Assembly: GCA_045658765.1 (NCBI GenBank)
Contig: JAZOVP010000010.1
Span: 1-48,506 of the forward strand
Origin: Eubacteriales bacterium
Lineage (GTDB): Bacteria > Bacillota > Clostridia > Oscillospirales > SIG627
DNA length: 48,506 nt
Reading direction: 5' to 3'
Below are positions 19,565 to 28,578 of the stretch, in pieces. Both the position numbers and the translations under genes were made by a program. Within the stretch, counting starts at the first letter, position 1. Each line of letters starts with the position of its first letter. A model generated the notes under the pieces. It saw only the letters and a program-made list of their open reading frames with translations, ran no database searches and was not told where the DNA came from.

Positions 19565-19723
19565 CCGAAAAGCGCCGCGCGGCAAAAAAGAAAATTTTGT
19601 TAAAAAAATTTGTCGAAATTTTGAAAAAAGGGTTGGAATTTGAAAAAAGATGTGATAAAATACTTGGCAGTAGGGCAAAAATGCTTTTGCCTTCCAAAAC
19701 AAATTCTATGGAGGAAACTTTCT

Positions 19724-21109
19724 ATGGAGAAAAAACTCGTTTACGACATTCACGACAAGCCGAAATTCGGCGCCATGCTCATCTTTGCTTTTCAGCAGGT
19801 GCTTGCCATTCTGGCCGCCACCATTTTGGTTCCCGCCATCGTTGGCAACGAAATGAGCCAATCTGCTGCTCTGTTTGGCGCAGGTATCGGCACTTTGGTT
19901 TATCAGCTCTTCACCAAATTCCGCAGCCCCGTGTTCCTCGGCTCTTCCTTTGCCTTCATCGGTTCTATGCTCGCGGCATTCGGCGGTGCTGTTTCCGCTT
20001 CAGCGGGCTATGCAGGTTTGATTCTCGGTGCCACCTTTGCAGGCCTTGTTTATGTGGTAATTGCAATCATCGTTAAATTTGCCGGCGTGAATTGGATCAA
20101 TAAGTTGATGCCCCTTGTTGTTATTGGTCCCACCGTTGCTCTCATTGGTCTTTCTTTGGCTGTTAATGCGGTAGGAGATCTCACCACCGGTAAGGTAATG
20201 GTTGAAAAAGTTGAGCAAGTCATTCAAGACGGCGCAATCGTTGAAAAGATTTCCATGGTTTCCGGATGCAGCCCCTATGTTGCTTTGATCTGCGGTCTTG
20301 TTACCTTGTTTTCCATCTTTGTTGTTTCTGTTTACGGCAAAAAGATGGCAAAGCTTATTCCCTTTATCATCGGCATCCTCATCGGCTATGCGGTTGCTTC
20401 TGTTTTCACCGTAATCGGTATTATCACCGACAATGCGGCTCTTCAGGTAATCAATTTTGCCGCATTCAAGGATATGCAAATCTTTGCAATTCCCGATTTC
20501 ACCTTTATCGAAGCGATCAAGGGTGTTAAGGCCATTGACGCTTCCTTCATCGCAACCATTGCAGTGGCTTATGTGCCCGTGGCTTTCGTGGTATTTGCTG
20601 AGCACATCGCAGACCATAAAAACCTTTCCTCCATCATCGATAAGGATCTTCTCGAAGATCCCGGTCTGCACCGCACCCTTCTGGGCGACGGTGTTGGCTC
20701 CATCGCAGGCGCACTCTTCGGCGGCTGCCCCAACACCACCTACGGCGAAAGCGTTGGCTGTGTGGCAATTACCCGCAACGCATCGGTAATCACCATCACC
20801 ACCGCTGCCATTATGAGCATCGTTATCTCCTTCTTTGGCCCCTTCGTTACTTTCCTCTCTTCCATTCCCAACTGTGTGATGGGCGGTGTTTGCGTGGCAC
20901 TTTACGGCTTTATCGCAGTATCCGGTTTGAAGATGATCCAGAAAGTGGATCTTAACGACAGCAGAAACCTCTTCGTGGTTTCTTCCATTCTCATCCCCGG
21001 TATCGGTGGATTGAGCATTTCCTTCGGTAAGATCACCATCACCACCATCGCTTGTGCTCTTATTCTCGGTATCATCACCAACATCATTTTAAACAGAAAG
21101 AACGCATAA
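19724..21109 (+). CDS. uraA: Uracil/xanthine permease (NCS2 family)
   Basis: PVFLGSSFAFI, EHIADH, PNTTYGE. RBS GGAGG before ATG 19724. Adjacent to upp. Confidence 0.9.
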   Translation: MEKKLVYDIHDKPKFGAMLIFAFQQVLAILAATILVPAIVGNEMSQSAALFGAGIGTLVYQLFTKFRSPVFLGSSFAFIGSMLAAFGGAVSASAGYAGLILGATFAGLVYVVIAIIVKFAGVNWINKLMPLVVIGPTVALIGLSLAVNAVGDLTTGKVMVEKVEQVIQDGAIVEKISMVSGCSPYVALICGLVTLFSIFVVSVYGKKMAKLIPFIIGILIGYAVASVFTVIGIITDNAALQVINFAAFKDMQIFAIPDFTFIEAIKGVKAIDASFIATIAVAYVPVAFVVFAEHIADHKNLSSIIDKDLLEDPGLHRTLLGDGVGSIAGALFGGCPNTTYGESVGCVAITRNASVITITTAAIMSIVISFFGPFVTFLSSIPNCVMGGVCVALYGFIAVSGLKMIQKVDLNDSRNLFVVSSILIPGIGGLSISFGKITITTIACALILGIITNIILNRKNA

Positions 21110-21110
21110 A

Positions 21111-21752
21111 ATGAAGCAATATCAAAACGTAACCATTTTCAATCATCCTCTGGTCAATCATAAAATCGCCATTCTGCGCGATGAAAAAACCAGCATGAAG
21201 GAATTCCGCGAGCTCGTGGAAGAAATCACCACCCTCATGACCTTTGAGTGCCTTCGCGAGGGCGTGCCCACCACCAAAAAGGAAGTGAAAACTCCTCTGG
21301 AAACCTGCACTCAGGAAGTGATCAAGGATAATGCCATCGTGATCGTGCCCATTTTAAGAGCCGGTCTTGGCATGGTAAACGGAATCCATGTTCTCTTCCC
21401 CTCTGCAAGAGTGGGTCATATCGGTCTTTACCGCAATGAAGAAACCCTCGAGCCCTGCGAATATTATTGCAAGCTTCCCGAAGGAATCGAAGATAAGCTC
21501 GTGCTTGTGGTCGATCCCATGCTCGCCACCGGCGGCAGTGCTTGCGATGCCATCTTAAAGCTCAAGGAAAAGGGCTGTAAAAACATTAAGTTTATGGCTG
21601 TGATCGGCGCTCCCGAAGGCGTGAGCCGCGTGGCAGAAGAGCACCCCGATGTGCAAATCTTCGTTTCCACCCTCGATCGCTGTCTCAATGAAAACGGCTA
21701 TATCCTTCCCGGTCTCGGCGATGCGGGCGACCGCCTCTTCGGCACCAAATAA
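21111..21752 (+). CDS. upp: Uracil phosphoribosyltransferase
   Basis: PILRAGLGM, DPMLATGGS, GYILPGLGDAGDRLFGTK. Confidence 0.98.
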   Translation: MKQYQNVTIFNHPLVNHKIAILRDEKTSMKEFRELVEEITTLMTFECLREGVPTTKKEVKTPLETCTQEVIKDNAIVIVPILRAGLGMVNGIHVLFPSARVGHIGLYRNEETLEPCEYYCKLPEGIEDKLVLVVDPMLATGGSACDAILKLKEKGCKNIKFMAVIGAPEGVSRVAEEHPDVQIFVSTLDRCLNENGYILPGLGDAGDRLFGTK

Positions 21753-21757
21753 AAAAC

Positions 21758-21790
21758 AAAACAACCTCGGATTTTCCGAGGTTGTTTTTT
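21758..21790. terminator. Bidirectional terminator, palindrome family copy 4
   Basis: AAAACAACCTCGGA-ttt-TCCGAGGTTGTTTT between convergent genes. Confidence 0.8.
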
Positions 21791-21800
21791 TCTTTTCTTT

Positions 21801-22340
21801 TTATTTTTCAAATTGAATTTCCACTAAAATCTCGTTTCGCTCGGTGAGGGTGCCGCGAATCTCCACCGAATAGTCCACAAAAAAGCGGCATCCCGATTCG
21901 TCAAAATTTGTTTCGAGCTTATGGGTTTGCAATACCACCGCAGGCACTCCGCCTTCCGCGCCGTAATCGCAAAGGTGGCGGCGCCCCTCTTCAAACACCA
22001 TGCAGGTTCGCATCTGCCCGCTTCGAAGCAGAATCAGCATCCCCGTGGCAGAAAGGCAAAAGGTGGTGAGGCAACCCTCAAGCCCCGTGATCTCGGAATC
22101 TTCATAGCTTGCGCGAAACGAGCCGTCTTCTTCAAAGGAATAAACGCCGCGCGTGGTGAGCACGGAATGGCCGTTTTCCCGCGCATCGGGAATTTGCATT
22201 TGATCGGATTCTTCAAACTCTTCAAAAAGAAAATCGTCTAAAAAATCTTCCTCAGCGGGGAGATTGTTTTGCGGTAAAAATGCCTCTGCCATATGGAAAA
22301 GTCGAGTGCTTTTCACACGGATTTCACACGGTTTTTTCAT
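21801..22340 (-). CDS. DUF1934 (YwiB-like) domain protein
   Basis: SYEDSEITGLEGCLTT..LLRSG..MVFEEGRRH.C.Y pattern with an acidic N-terminal insert. Confidence 0.7.
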   Translation of the reverse strand: MKKPCEIRVKSTRLFHMAEAFLPQNNLPAEEDFLDDFLFEEFEESDQMQIPDARENGHSVLTTRGVYSFEEDGSFRASYEDSEITGLEGCLTTFCLSATGMLILLRSGQMRTCMVFEEGRRHLCDYGAEGGVPAVVLQTHKLETNFDESGCRFFVDYSVEIRGTLTERNEILVEIQFEK

Positions 22341-22370
22341 TTTTCCTCCCCCTTTTTCTCAAACACGGAA

Positions 22371-22437
22371 AGCATAGCACGATTTGGGCAAAAAGTCAAT
22401 GAAATCGGTTGAAAAAAAAGCGGCTTTGTGATATACT
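22371..22437. promoter_or_regulatory. Back-to-back sigma-A promoters (DUF1934 and topB operon)
   Basis: Minus strand: TTGACT-17-TATGCT (22399-22371). Plus strand: TTGAAA-17-(TGn)TATACT (22409-22437). Confidence 0.6.
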
Positions 22438-22473
22438 GACTTTGTATAAAAAAATCTTGAAAGGAGCCCGAAT

Positions 22474-24567
22474 ATGATCCTCATCATCGCAGAAAAACCC
22501 TCTCTTGCGCGCAATATCGCTTCTGCAATCGGCTCCTTCCAAAAAAGAAAAGGGTATTTGGAGGGGCAGGATTATCTGATCACCTGGGCATTCGGCCATC
22601 TCTTTTCCCTTTGCGATATTGAAGATTATACCGGCAAAACCGAAAGCGGCAAGTGGAGCATGGAAAATTTGCCGTGCTTTCCCGAAGAATTTCGCTTCTC
22701 GCTCAAGCACGATAAAGAAGGCAAGGTGGATGCGGGAGTGCGCGAGCAATTTGAAACGGTAAAAGCCCTCTGCCACCGCGAAGATGTTTTGTCCATCGTG
22801 AATGCGGGCGACGCGGATCGCGAGGGTGAAATCATCGTGCGCCTGATTTTAAAGCATGCGGGCGAAGTGAATAAGCCCCTTTTGCGCCTTTGGCTCCCCG
22901 ATCAAACTCCCGAAACCGTGCGAAGCGCGCTTTCCGATCTTTTGCCCGAAGAAAATTATGATCTTCTCGCCTCCGAGGGCTTTGCCCGCACTTATATCGA
23001 TTGGCTCTACGGTGTGAACCTCACCCGCTTTGCCACCTTAAAAAGCGGCACCCTCCTGCGCGTGGGCAGAGTGATCGTGCCGATTGTGAAAGCCATTTAC
23101 GATCGCGATATGGCAATCGAAAATTTCAAGCCCGAAATCTATTATGCCGTTTGCGGCAAAACCGAAGGCGAAGACGGGGTGGAAGTGCAGAGCAAAAAGA
23201 AATTTTCGGCCGCAGAAAAAGAAAAAGCCGAAAAGTATGCCGCCCTTCTGAAAGCCCAAACCTGCACCGTCAAAAGCAAAAAAAGCAAAAAAGATAAATT
23301 AAATCCGGGCAAACTCTATTCCCTTTCCAAGCTCCAAAACGCCCTCGGAAAAAAATATAAAATGCCGATGGACGATTCGATTCGCATTGTGCAATCCCTT
23401 TATGAAAAAGGGTATCTCACCTATCCCCGCACCAATTCCGAATATCTTGCCACCGCCGAGAAAGATAAAATGAAAACCATCATCAAAAATCTTTCCGAAA
23501 TCGGCTATCCCGTGGAATTCAAAGATAAAAAAACCATTTTCGACGATAGCAAAATCGAATCCCATTCCGCCCTCACCCCCACCTTCAAAATTCCCGCCAA
23601 GGAAGCGCTTTCCGAGGAAGAAAAGAAGGTTTATCAAATGGTGCTTCGCCGCTTCGTTGCCGTTTTCTGCTCGGAAGAGTGCCTCTGCCAAAAAACCGAG
23701 CTTGTGATCGCGGCGGGCGAGGTGGAAGAATTCACTTTAAAGGGCACGGTGATTCTGGAGAAGGGCTGGACCCGCTTCGACGATGCCACCCGAAACGATA
23801 AAATCCTTCCCGATTTCAAGGAAGGCGATGCCGTGCCGATGGAATTTTCGGTGAAAGAAAAAGAAACCACTCCCCCCAAGCACTATACCATCGAAACCTT
23901 GAATAATTATCTGAAAAACCCCTTCCGCGAAGAAAAGCAAAAAGCCGATGACGAAGAAATCGACGATGCGGAAGAATACCGCGCCATGTTTGAAGGGCTC
24001 GAGCTCGGCACCGAAGCCACCCGCACGGGCATCATTGAAAATGCGCGAAACTCAAAGTATATTCAGCTCAAAAAAGATGTGTATACCATTCTGCCCGATG
24101 GCAAATATTTAATCGAGCAGCTTTCCCTGATGGGAATTTCCATGGATAAATATAAAACCGCCACCACCGGCAAAGCCCTCAAGCAGGTTTTCCGCGGCAA
24201 CATCGGCATTTCGGATGCCGTTGGCATTGCGAAAGAAGAAATTTTATCCGTTTTCGATTCGGGAAAAGAAGGATCGCAATCCGATATCGGCTTTTTTGGC
24301 GATGCCGTTGGCACCTGCCCCCTTTGCGGGAATGAGGTGGTGAAAGGAAAATATTCCTATGGCTGTCGCGGCTATAAAGAAGGGTGCAAATTCCGCATCA
24401 ATCTTTCCATCTGCTCGCGCGCCATCCCCATCCACCAAGCAAGAAAGCTCCTTTCGGAAGGCAAAACCGATCTGATCGAGGGCTTTGTTTCCCCCCGCAC
24501 GGGAAATTTTTTCTCCGCCTGTCTTCGTCTGGAAAACGGAAAAGCCGTTTTTGATTTTTCCAAATAG
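22474..24567 (+). CDS. topB: Type IA DNA topoisomerase (topoisomerase III)
   Basis: IAEKPS, DADREGE, active-site TYPRT, LGTEATR, C-terminal CPLCG..YGC..CKF repeat. Confidence 0.9.
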   Translation: MILIIAEKPSLARNIASAIGSFQKRKGYLEGQDYLITWAFGHLFSLCDIEDYTGKTESGKWSMENLPCFPEEFRFSLKHDKEGKVDAGVREQFETVKALCHREDVLSIVNAGDADREGEIIVRLILKHAGEVNKPLLRLWLPDQTPETVRSALSDLLPEENYDLLASEGFARTYIDWLYGVNLTRFATLKSGTLLRVGRVIVPIVKAIYDRDMAIENFKPEIYYAVCGKTEGEDGVEVQSKKKFSAAEKEKAEKYAALLKAQTCTVKSKKSKKDKLNPGKLYSLSKLQNALGKKYKMPMDDSIRIVQSLYEKGYLTYPRTNSEYLATAEKDKMKTIIKNLSEIGYPVEFKDKKTIFDDSKIESHSALTPTFKIPAKEALSEEEKKVYQMVLRRFVAVFCSEECLCQKTELVIAAGEVEEFTLKGTVILEKGWTRFDDATRNDKILPDFKEGDAVPMEFSVKEKETTPPKHYTIETLNNYLKNPFREEKQKADDEEIDDAEEYRAMFEGLELGTEATRTGIIENARNSKYIQLKKDVYTILPDGKYLIEQLSLMGISMDKYKTATTGKALKQVFRGNIGISDAVGIAKEEILSVFDSGKEGSQSDIGFFGDAVGTCPLCGNEVVKGKYSYGCRGYKEGCKFRINLSICSRAIPIHQARKLLSEGKTDLIEGFVSPRTGNFFSACLRLENGKAVFDFSK

Positions 24568-24579
24568 AAAGGATTTTTT

Positions 24580-25692
24580 ATGATTTATTTTGATAATTCC
24601 GCCTCCTCCCCTCTTTCCGAAGAGGCAAAAAAGGCGCTGTTTGCCGAAGCGGAATTGTTTGCCAATCCCTCGTCGCTCCATTCCCTTGGCTTTGAATCTG
24701 AAAAAAGAATGAAAAAAGCGCGGGAAGAAGTGGCAAAATCCCTCGGCGCTCTTCCCGAGGAAATCATTTTCACCTCGGGCGGCACCGAAGCCGATAACCT
24801 TGCCATTTTCGGCGCGGCGCGCAAAATGCGCCGCCGAGGCAAAAAAATCCTCTCCTCCGATTCCGAGCATCCCGCAGTGGAAAAATGCCTTCAGGAACTC
24901 GAAAAAGAGGGCTTTGAAGTGGTGCGCCTTTCCACCAAAGGCGGTGCCCTCTCGCTCAAAGAAATCGAAACCGCAGCCGATGAAACCACCATTCTTGCCG
25001 CCGTGATGCACACAAACAACGAAACCGGCGCCGTTTACGATATTGCCTCCCTTTCCCGCATTGTCAAACAAAAAAATCCAGAAGCCATCGTGTTTTCCGA
25101 TTTGGTGCAAGGGTATTTAAAAACCCCGCTTTCCCCCAAAGCGCTCGGGCTTGATTTGGCAAGTCTTTCTTCCCATAAAATCAATGGCCCCAAGGGAGTG
25201 GGTGCGCTCTATATCAGAAAAGGGCTGAATCTTCCCCCCGTCCTCTTCGGCGGCGGGCAAGAAAAAGGGCTTCGCTCGGGCACGGAAAATCTTCTTGGAA
25301 TCGCTTCCTTCGGCACCGCCGCGCGCCTTGGATGCGAAAACCTTGCAGAAAATATAAAAAAAATGAATTCCATCCGCGAATTCATTTTAAAACATCTTGC
25401 CGATCATCCGAAGATTCATTTCAATCTCCCGCAAAATCCCTCCTGCCATATTTTATCTATGCAGGTGGAAGGTTTTCGAAGCGAAGTTTTGCTTCATTCC
25501 CTCTCGGCAAAAAATATTTTCATCTCCTCGGGCAGTGCCTGCTCCTCTCATAGCGGCAAAAGCCCCGTGCTCAAAAATTTCGGGCTCAATCCCAAAGAAG
25601 CAGATTCCACCGTTCGGCTTTCCTTCTCTCCGCTCAATACCATAGAAGAAGCTCAGGAATTCTGCCAAGTTTTGAAAGATATGGTAAAGTAA
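24580..25692 (+). CDS. iscS: Cysteine desulfurase (IscS/NifZ-like, ThiI-associated)
   Basis: YFDNSA, TSGGTEADN, PLP-binding SSHK, catalytic SSGSACSS. Confidence 0.92.
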   Translation: MIYFDNSASSPLSEEAKKALFAEAELFANPSSLHSLGFESEKRMKKAREEVAKSLGALPEEIIFTSGGTEADNLAIFGAARKMRRRGKKILSSDSEHPAVEKCLQELEKEGFEVVRLSTKGGALSLKEIETAADETTILAAVMHTNNETGAVYDIASLSRIVKQKNPEAIVFSDLVQGYLKTPLSPKALGLDLASLSSHKINGPKGVGALYIRKGLNLPPVLFGGGQEKGLRSGTENLLGIASFGTAARLGCENLAENIKKMNSIREFILKHLADHPKIHFNLPQNPSCHILSMQVEGFRSEVLLHSLSAKNIFISSGSACSSHSGKSPVLKNFGLNPKEADSTVRLSFSPLNTIEEAQEFCQVLKDMVK

Positions 25693-25693
25693 T

Positions 25694-26875
25694 ATGGAAA
25701 AAAGATCAATCCTCTTAAAGTATGGCGAGCTCATCTTAAAAGGTGCCAATAAAAGCTATTTCGATGCCATGCTCTTAAAGCAAATCCGCAGAAAACTCGC
25801 ACCCCTCGGGGAATTTCACGTGTTTTCTTCGCAGTCCACCGTGTTTGTGGAATCTGAAGACGATGCCTTGCTGGATCTTGCGCTTCCCGAAGTGCAAAAG
25901 GTGTTTGGCATTGTGAGCGTTTCCATTGCGTGGCGCGTGGAAAAAAATATGCCCGCCATTTTGGAAGCGGTGAAAGAAAAAATCGCCCCCACCCTCATCG
26001 GAGCCAAAAGCTTTAAAGCCGATGCCCGAAGAAGCGATAAAAAATTCCCTTTCAAATCGCCCGAAATCAGCCGTGAGGTTGGCGGGGTCATTCTTTCCAC
26101 CTTAAAGAAAAATGCCCCCAAGGTGGATGTTCATCATCCCGAAGAGGTGGTTTGGGTGGAAATCCGCGAAGATTTTGCCTATGTTCACTCCAAAAAGCTC
26201 CCCGGCGCGGGCGGTATGCCCTATGGCACCTCGGGCAGAGCCCTGCTTCTTCTTTCGGGCGGAATCGATTCCCCCGTGGCGGGATTCCGCATGGCAAAGC
26301 GCGGCGCTTTTATCGATGCGCTCCATTTTGAATCCTTCCCCTATACCTCCGAACGAGCCAAAGAAAAAGTGGTGGATCTTGCCAGAAAGCTCTGCGAATA
26401 TACCGATACCATCAATTTCGCTTCCATTCGTATGACCGAAATTCAGCTTCAAATGCAAGAAAACTGCCGCGAAGAATATTTCACCATCCTTCTTCGCCGC
26501 AGTATGATGCGCCTTGCCTGCCGCGTGGCAGAAAGGCAAAAATGCGGTGCTCTTGTAACCGGCGAAAGCTTGGGTCAGGTGGCAAGCCAAACCATGCACG
26601 CCCTCCACTGCACCGACCATGCCTCCACCCTTCCCATTTTCCGCCCCTTAATCGGAATGGATAAGGAAGAAATCGTGCGCACCAGCCGCGAAATCGATTG
26701 CTTTGAAACCTCGATTCTGCCCTTCGAAGATTGCTGCACCGTGTTTACCCCTCGTCATCCCAAGCTCAATCCCAAAATCGAAGAGGTGCTCGAGGAAGAA
26801 GCCAAAATCGATTTTCCCGCACTGGAAGAAAAAGCATTCTCCGAGATTGAATTTTTCCGCGTAGATCGCGCATAA
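25694..26875 (+). CDS. thiI: tRNA 4-thiouridine(8) synthase
   Basis: THUMP domain, PP-loop SGGIDS, GESLGQVASQT, EDCCTVF. No rhodanese domain. Confidence 0.97.
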   Translation: MEKRSILLKYGELILKGANKSYFDAMLLKQIRRKLAPLGEFHVFSSQSTVFVESEDDALLDLALPEVQKVFGIVSVSIAWRVEKNMPAILEAVKEKIAPTLIGAKSFKADARRSDKKFPFKSPEISREVGGVILSTLKKNAPKVDVHHPEEVVWVEIREDFAYVHSKKLPGAGGMPYGTSGRALLLLSGGIDSPVAGFRMAKRGAFIDALHFESFPYTSERAKEKVVDLARKLCEYTDTINFASIRMTEIQLQMQENCREEYFTILLRRSMMRLACRVAERQKCGALVTGESLGQVASQTMHALHCTDHASTLPIFRPLIGMDKEEIVRTSREIDCFETSILPFEDCCTVFTPRHPKLNPKIEEVLEEEAKIDFPALEEKAFSEIEFFRVDRA

Positions 26876-26887
26876 GAAAGGAAAAAA

Positions 26888-28357
26888 ATGAAAAAGCAAA
26901 GCGTGTTTTCCGCCCTGATCAAAACATTGGGATATGTGCTTCTTTTTTGGGGCGCGCAAATTGCCGCCTCCCTTCTTTCCGAGCTTGTGATTTTATTCCG
27001 CGCAGGCATGGAAGGAGTCAGTTCGGGCGCGATCATCCACCAAAGCATTCAAACCGCGCTGTATTCCGTAACCTATGAAATGATGTTTCTTTCCGCCATT
27101 CTTTTTGCCGCGATCGTGCATCTGATTCATAAAGGAAAAGCGTTTTCCCCTTTCAAGCCCAAAAATCTTTCCGCCAAAGCCGTTTTCGGGGTGATTCTGC
27201 TCGGATTCGGATGCTTTTGGCTTGCCAATCAGCTCATCTCGCTCTCCTCGCTCATTCCCGCAGTGAGAACTTCGCAAAATGAATATATGGATCAGCACGA
27301 AGCAATCCTCCAAGCAGGCACCTCCTTTCTTTTCGAACTGCTCTATACCTGCATCGGCGCGCCCATCATCGAAGAGTGGCTTTGCCGCGGGCTCATTCAA
27401 AACACCCTCAAAAAAAGCATGCGCCCCGCCTTTGCAATTCTTCTTTCGGGAATTCTTTTCTCCCTGATCCACGGCAATCTTTATCAGATCGTGTTCACCC
27501 TTCCGCTGGGCATCCTTCTTTCCTTCCTCGCCCATCGCTTCGGCACGATTTTGCCCTCGGTTCTTTTGCACTCCGCCTTTAATTTTGCAAATTATCCCGT
27601 GCGGCTCGGGCTTTATCTTGGCTATTCCGAAAACGATACCGCCACCCTCTTTCTCGCCTTTGCCGCCATGCTCTTTTATGCCCTGTCGCTCCCGCTCGGC
27701 ATGATTCTCATTCGTCGGGCACTGCCCAAAACCAAAGGGCAAGAAAATAAAATCCAATCCGAAGGAGATTCTATGGCTTCCCCCGAATTTATGATCGTGG
27801 GTCTTGGCAACCCCGATGCCAAATATCAAAAAAATCGCCACAACTGCGGATTTTTGGCAATCGATGCCATTGCAGAAAATGCTTCCGCCCCCATCCGCAA
27901 TCTTCGCTTTTCCGCACTCACGGGCGAGGCGATGATCGGCGGAAAGAAAGTGCTTCTTTTAAAACCGCAAACCTATATGAACCTTTCGGGAAAAGCGGTT
28001 TCGGAAGCCGCCCGATTCTATAAAATCCCGCCCGAAAAAATTCTTGTTTTGTTTGACGATATCAGCTTCGCCCCCGGCATTTTCCGCATCCGCGCCTCGG
28101 GCTCCGCAGGCGGGCACAACGGAATCAAAAGCATCATCTCTTCCCTTTCTTCCGATGCCTTCCCGCGCGTGAAAATCGGGGTGGGAAATCCCCCCGAGGG
28201 ATGGGAGCTGATGAATTGGGTGCTCGGCAATCCTTCCGCGGAAGACGAAGCCAAAATCCGCGCCACCTTCTCCGATGTGGTGAAAACCGCAGAGCTTTTT
28301 GTGGATGGCAAAATTGATCTTGCCGCCCAAAGCTTCAACGGAAAAATGCACGGATAA
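26888..28357 (+). CDS. pth: Fusion of CPBP (CAAX/Abi) intramembrane metalloprotease and peptidyl-tRNA hydrolase
   Basis: aa 1-~280 are hydrophobic with EEWLCRG, FSLIH and HSAFN. aa 296-489 are Pth with VGLGNP, NRHNCGF, KPQTYMNLSG and GGHNGIKS. No stop codon between them. Confidence 0.9.
   Translation: MKKQSVFSALIKTLGYVLLFWGAQIAASLLSELVILFRAGMEGVSSGAIIHQSIQTALYSVTYEMMFLSAILFAAIVHLIHKGKAFSPFKPKNLSAKAVFGVILLGFGCFWLANQLISLSSLIPAVRTSQNEYMDQHEAILQAGTSFLFELLYTCIGAPIIEEWLCRGLIQNTLKKSMRPAFAILLSGILFSLIHGNLYQIVFTLPLGILLSFLAHRFGTILPSVLLHSAFNFANYPVRLGLYLGYSENDTATLFLAFAAMLFYALSLPLGMILIRRALPKTKGQENKIQSEGDSMASPEFMIVGLGNPDAKYQKNRHNCGFLAIDAIAENASAPIRNLRFSALTGEAMIGGKKVLLLKPQTYMNLSGKAVSEAARFYKIPPEKILVLFDDISFAPGIFRIRASGSAGGHNGIKSIISSLSSDAFPRVKIGVGNPPEGWELMNWVLGNPSAEDEAKIRATFSDVVKTAELFVDGKIDLAAQSFNGKMHG
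27773..28357 (+). CDS. pth: Probable in-frame internal start producing stand-alone Pth (194 aa)
   Basis: AAGGAG (27762-27767) lies 5 nt before an in-frame ATG that begins MASPEFMIVGLGNP, the normal Pth N-terminus position. Confidence 0.7.
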   Translation: MASPEFMIVGLGNPDAKYQKNRHNCGFLAIDAIAENASAPIRNLRFSALTGEAMIGGKKVLLLKPQTYMNLSGKAVSEAARFYKIPPEKILVLFDDISFAPGIFRIRASGSAGGHNGIKSIISSLSSDAFPRVKIGVGNPPEGWELMNWVLGNPSAEDEAKIRATFSDVVKTAELFVDGKIDLAAQSFNGKMHG

Positions 28358-28367
28358 ATAAAAAATG

Positions 28368-28403
28368 AAACAACCTCGGCTATTTTGCCGAGGTTGTTTT
28401 TTT
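28368..28403 (+). terminator. Terminator, palindrome family copy 5
   Basis: AAACAACCTCGGC-tatttt-GCCGAGGTTGTTT followed by a T tract. Confidence 0.8.
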
Positions 28404-28413
28404 CTTGTATTGC

Positions 28414-28578
28414 TTTTCAAAACCTAAAGTTTTCTTTGCTCACTTTTTTGCAATGTAAATTGGGATTGATTTTTAAAATCCAAAGTTTTCTTTGCCCACT
28501 TTTTTGCAAAGTGAATTGGCACTGATTTTTAAAACCTAAAATTTTCTTTGCCTACTTTCTTTTTTAAAAGAAAGTAGG
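28414..28578. repeat. 56-bp tandem repeat (about 2.7 degenerate copies) ending in a 28-bp palindrome
   Basis: Units start at 28419, 28475 and 28531 (AAAAyCyAAArTTTTCTTTGCyyACTTT..). The last unit runs into CCTACTTTCTTTT-tt-AAAAGAAAGTAGG (28551-28578), abutting the ddl stop. Confidence 0.85.

Noticed and set aside
19640-19723. PyrR attenuator before uraA, and the TTG-extended N-terminus
   Set aside because: No AGUCCAGAGAGG-type loop, only a small GGCAAAA/TTTTGCC hairpin. The RBS supports ATG 19724.
22474-24567. topB as a marker of a conjugative element
   Set aside because: It heads an operon of housekeeping genes, with no relaxase, T4SS or integrase nearby.
28414-28578. CRISPR array
   Set aside because: Units are similar over their whole 56 bp, so there are no unique spacers, and no cas genes are present.
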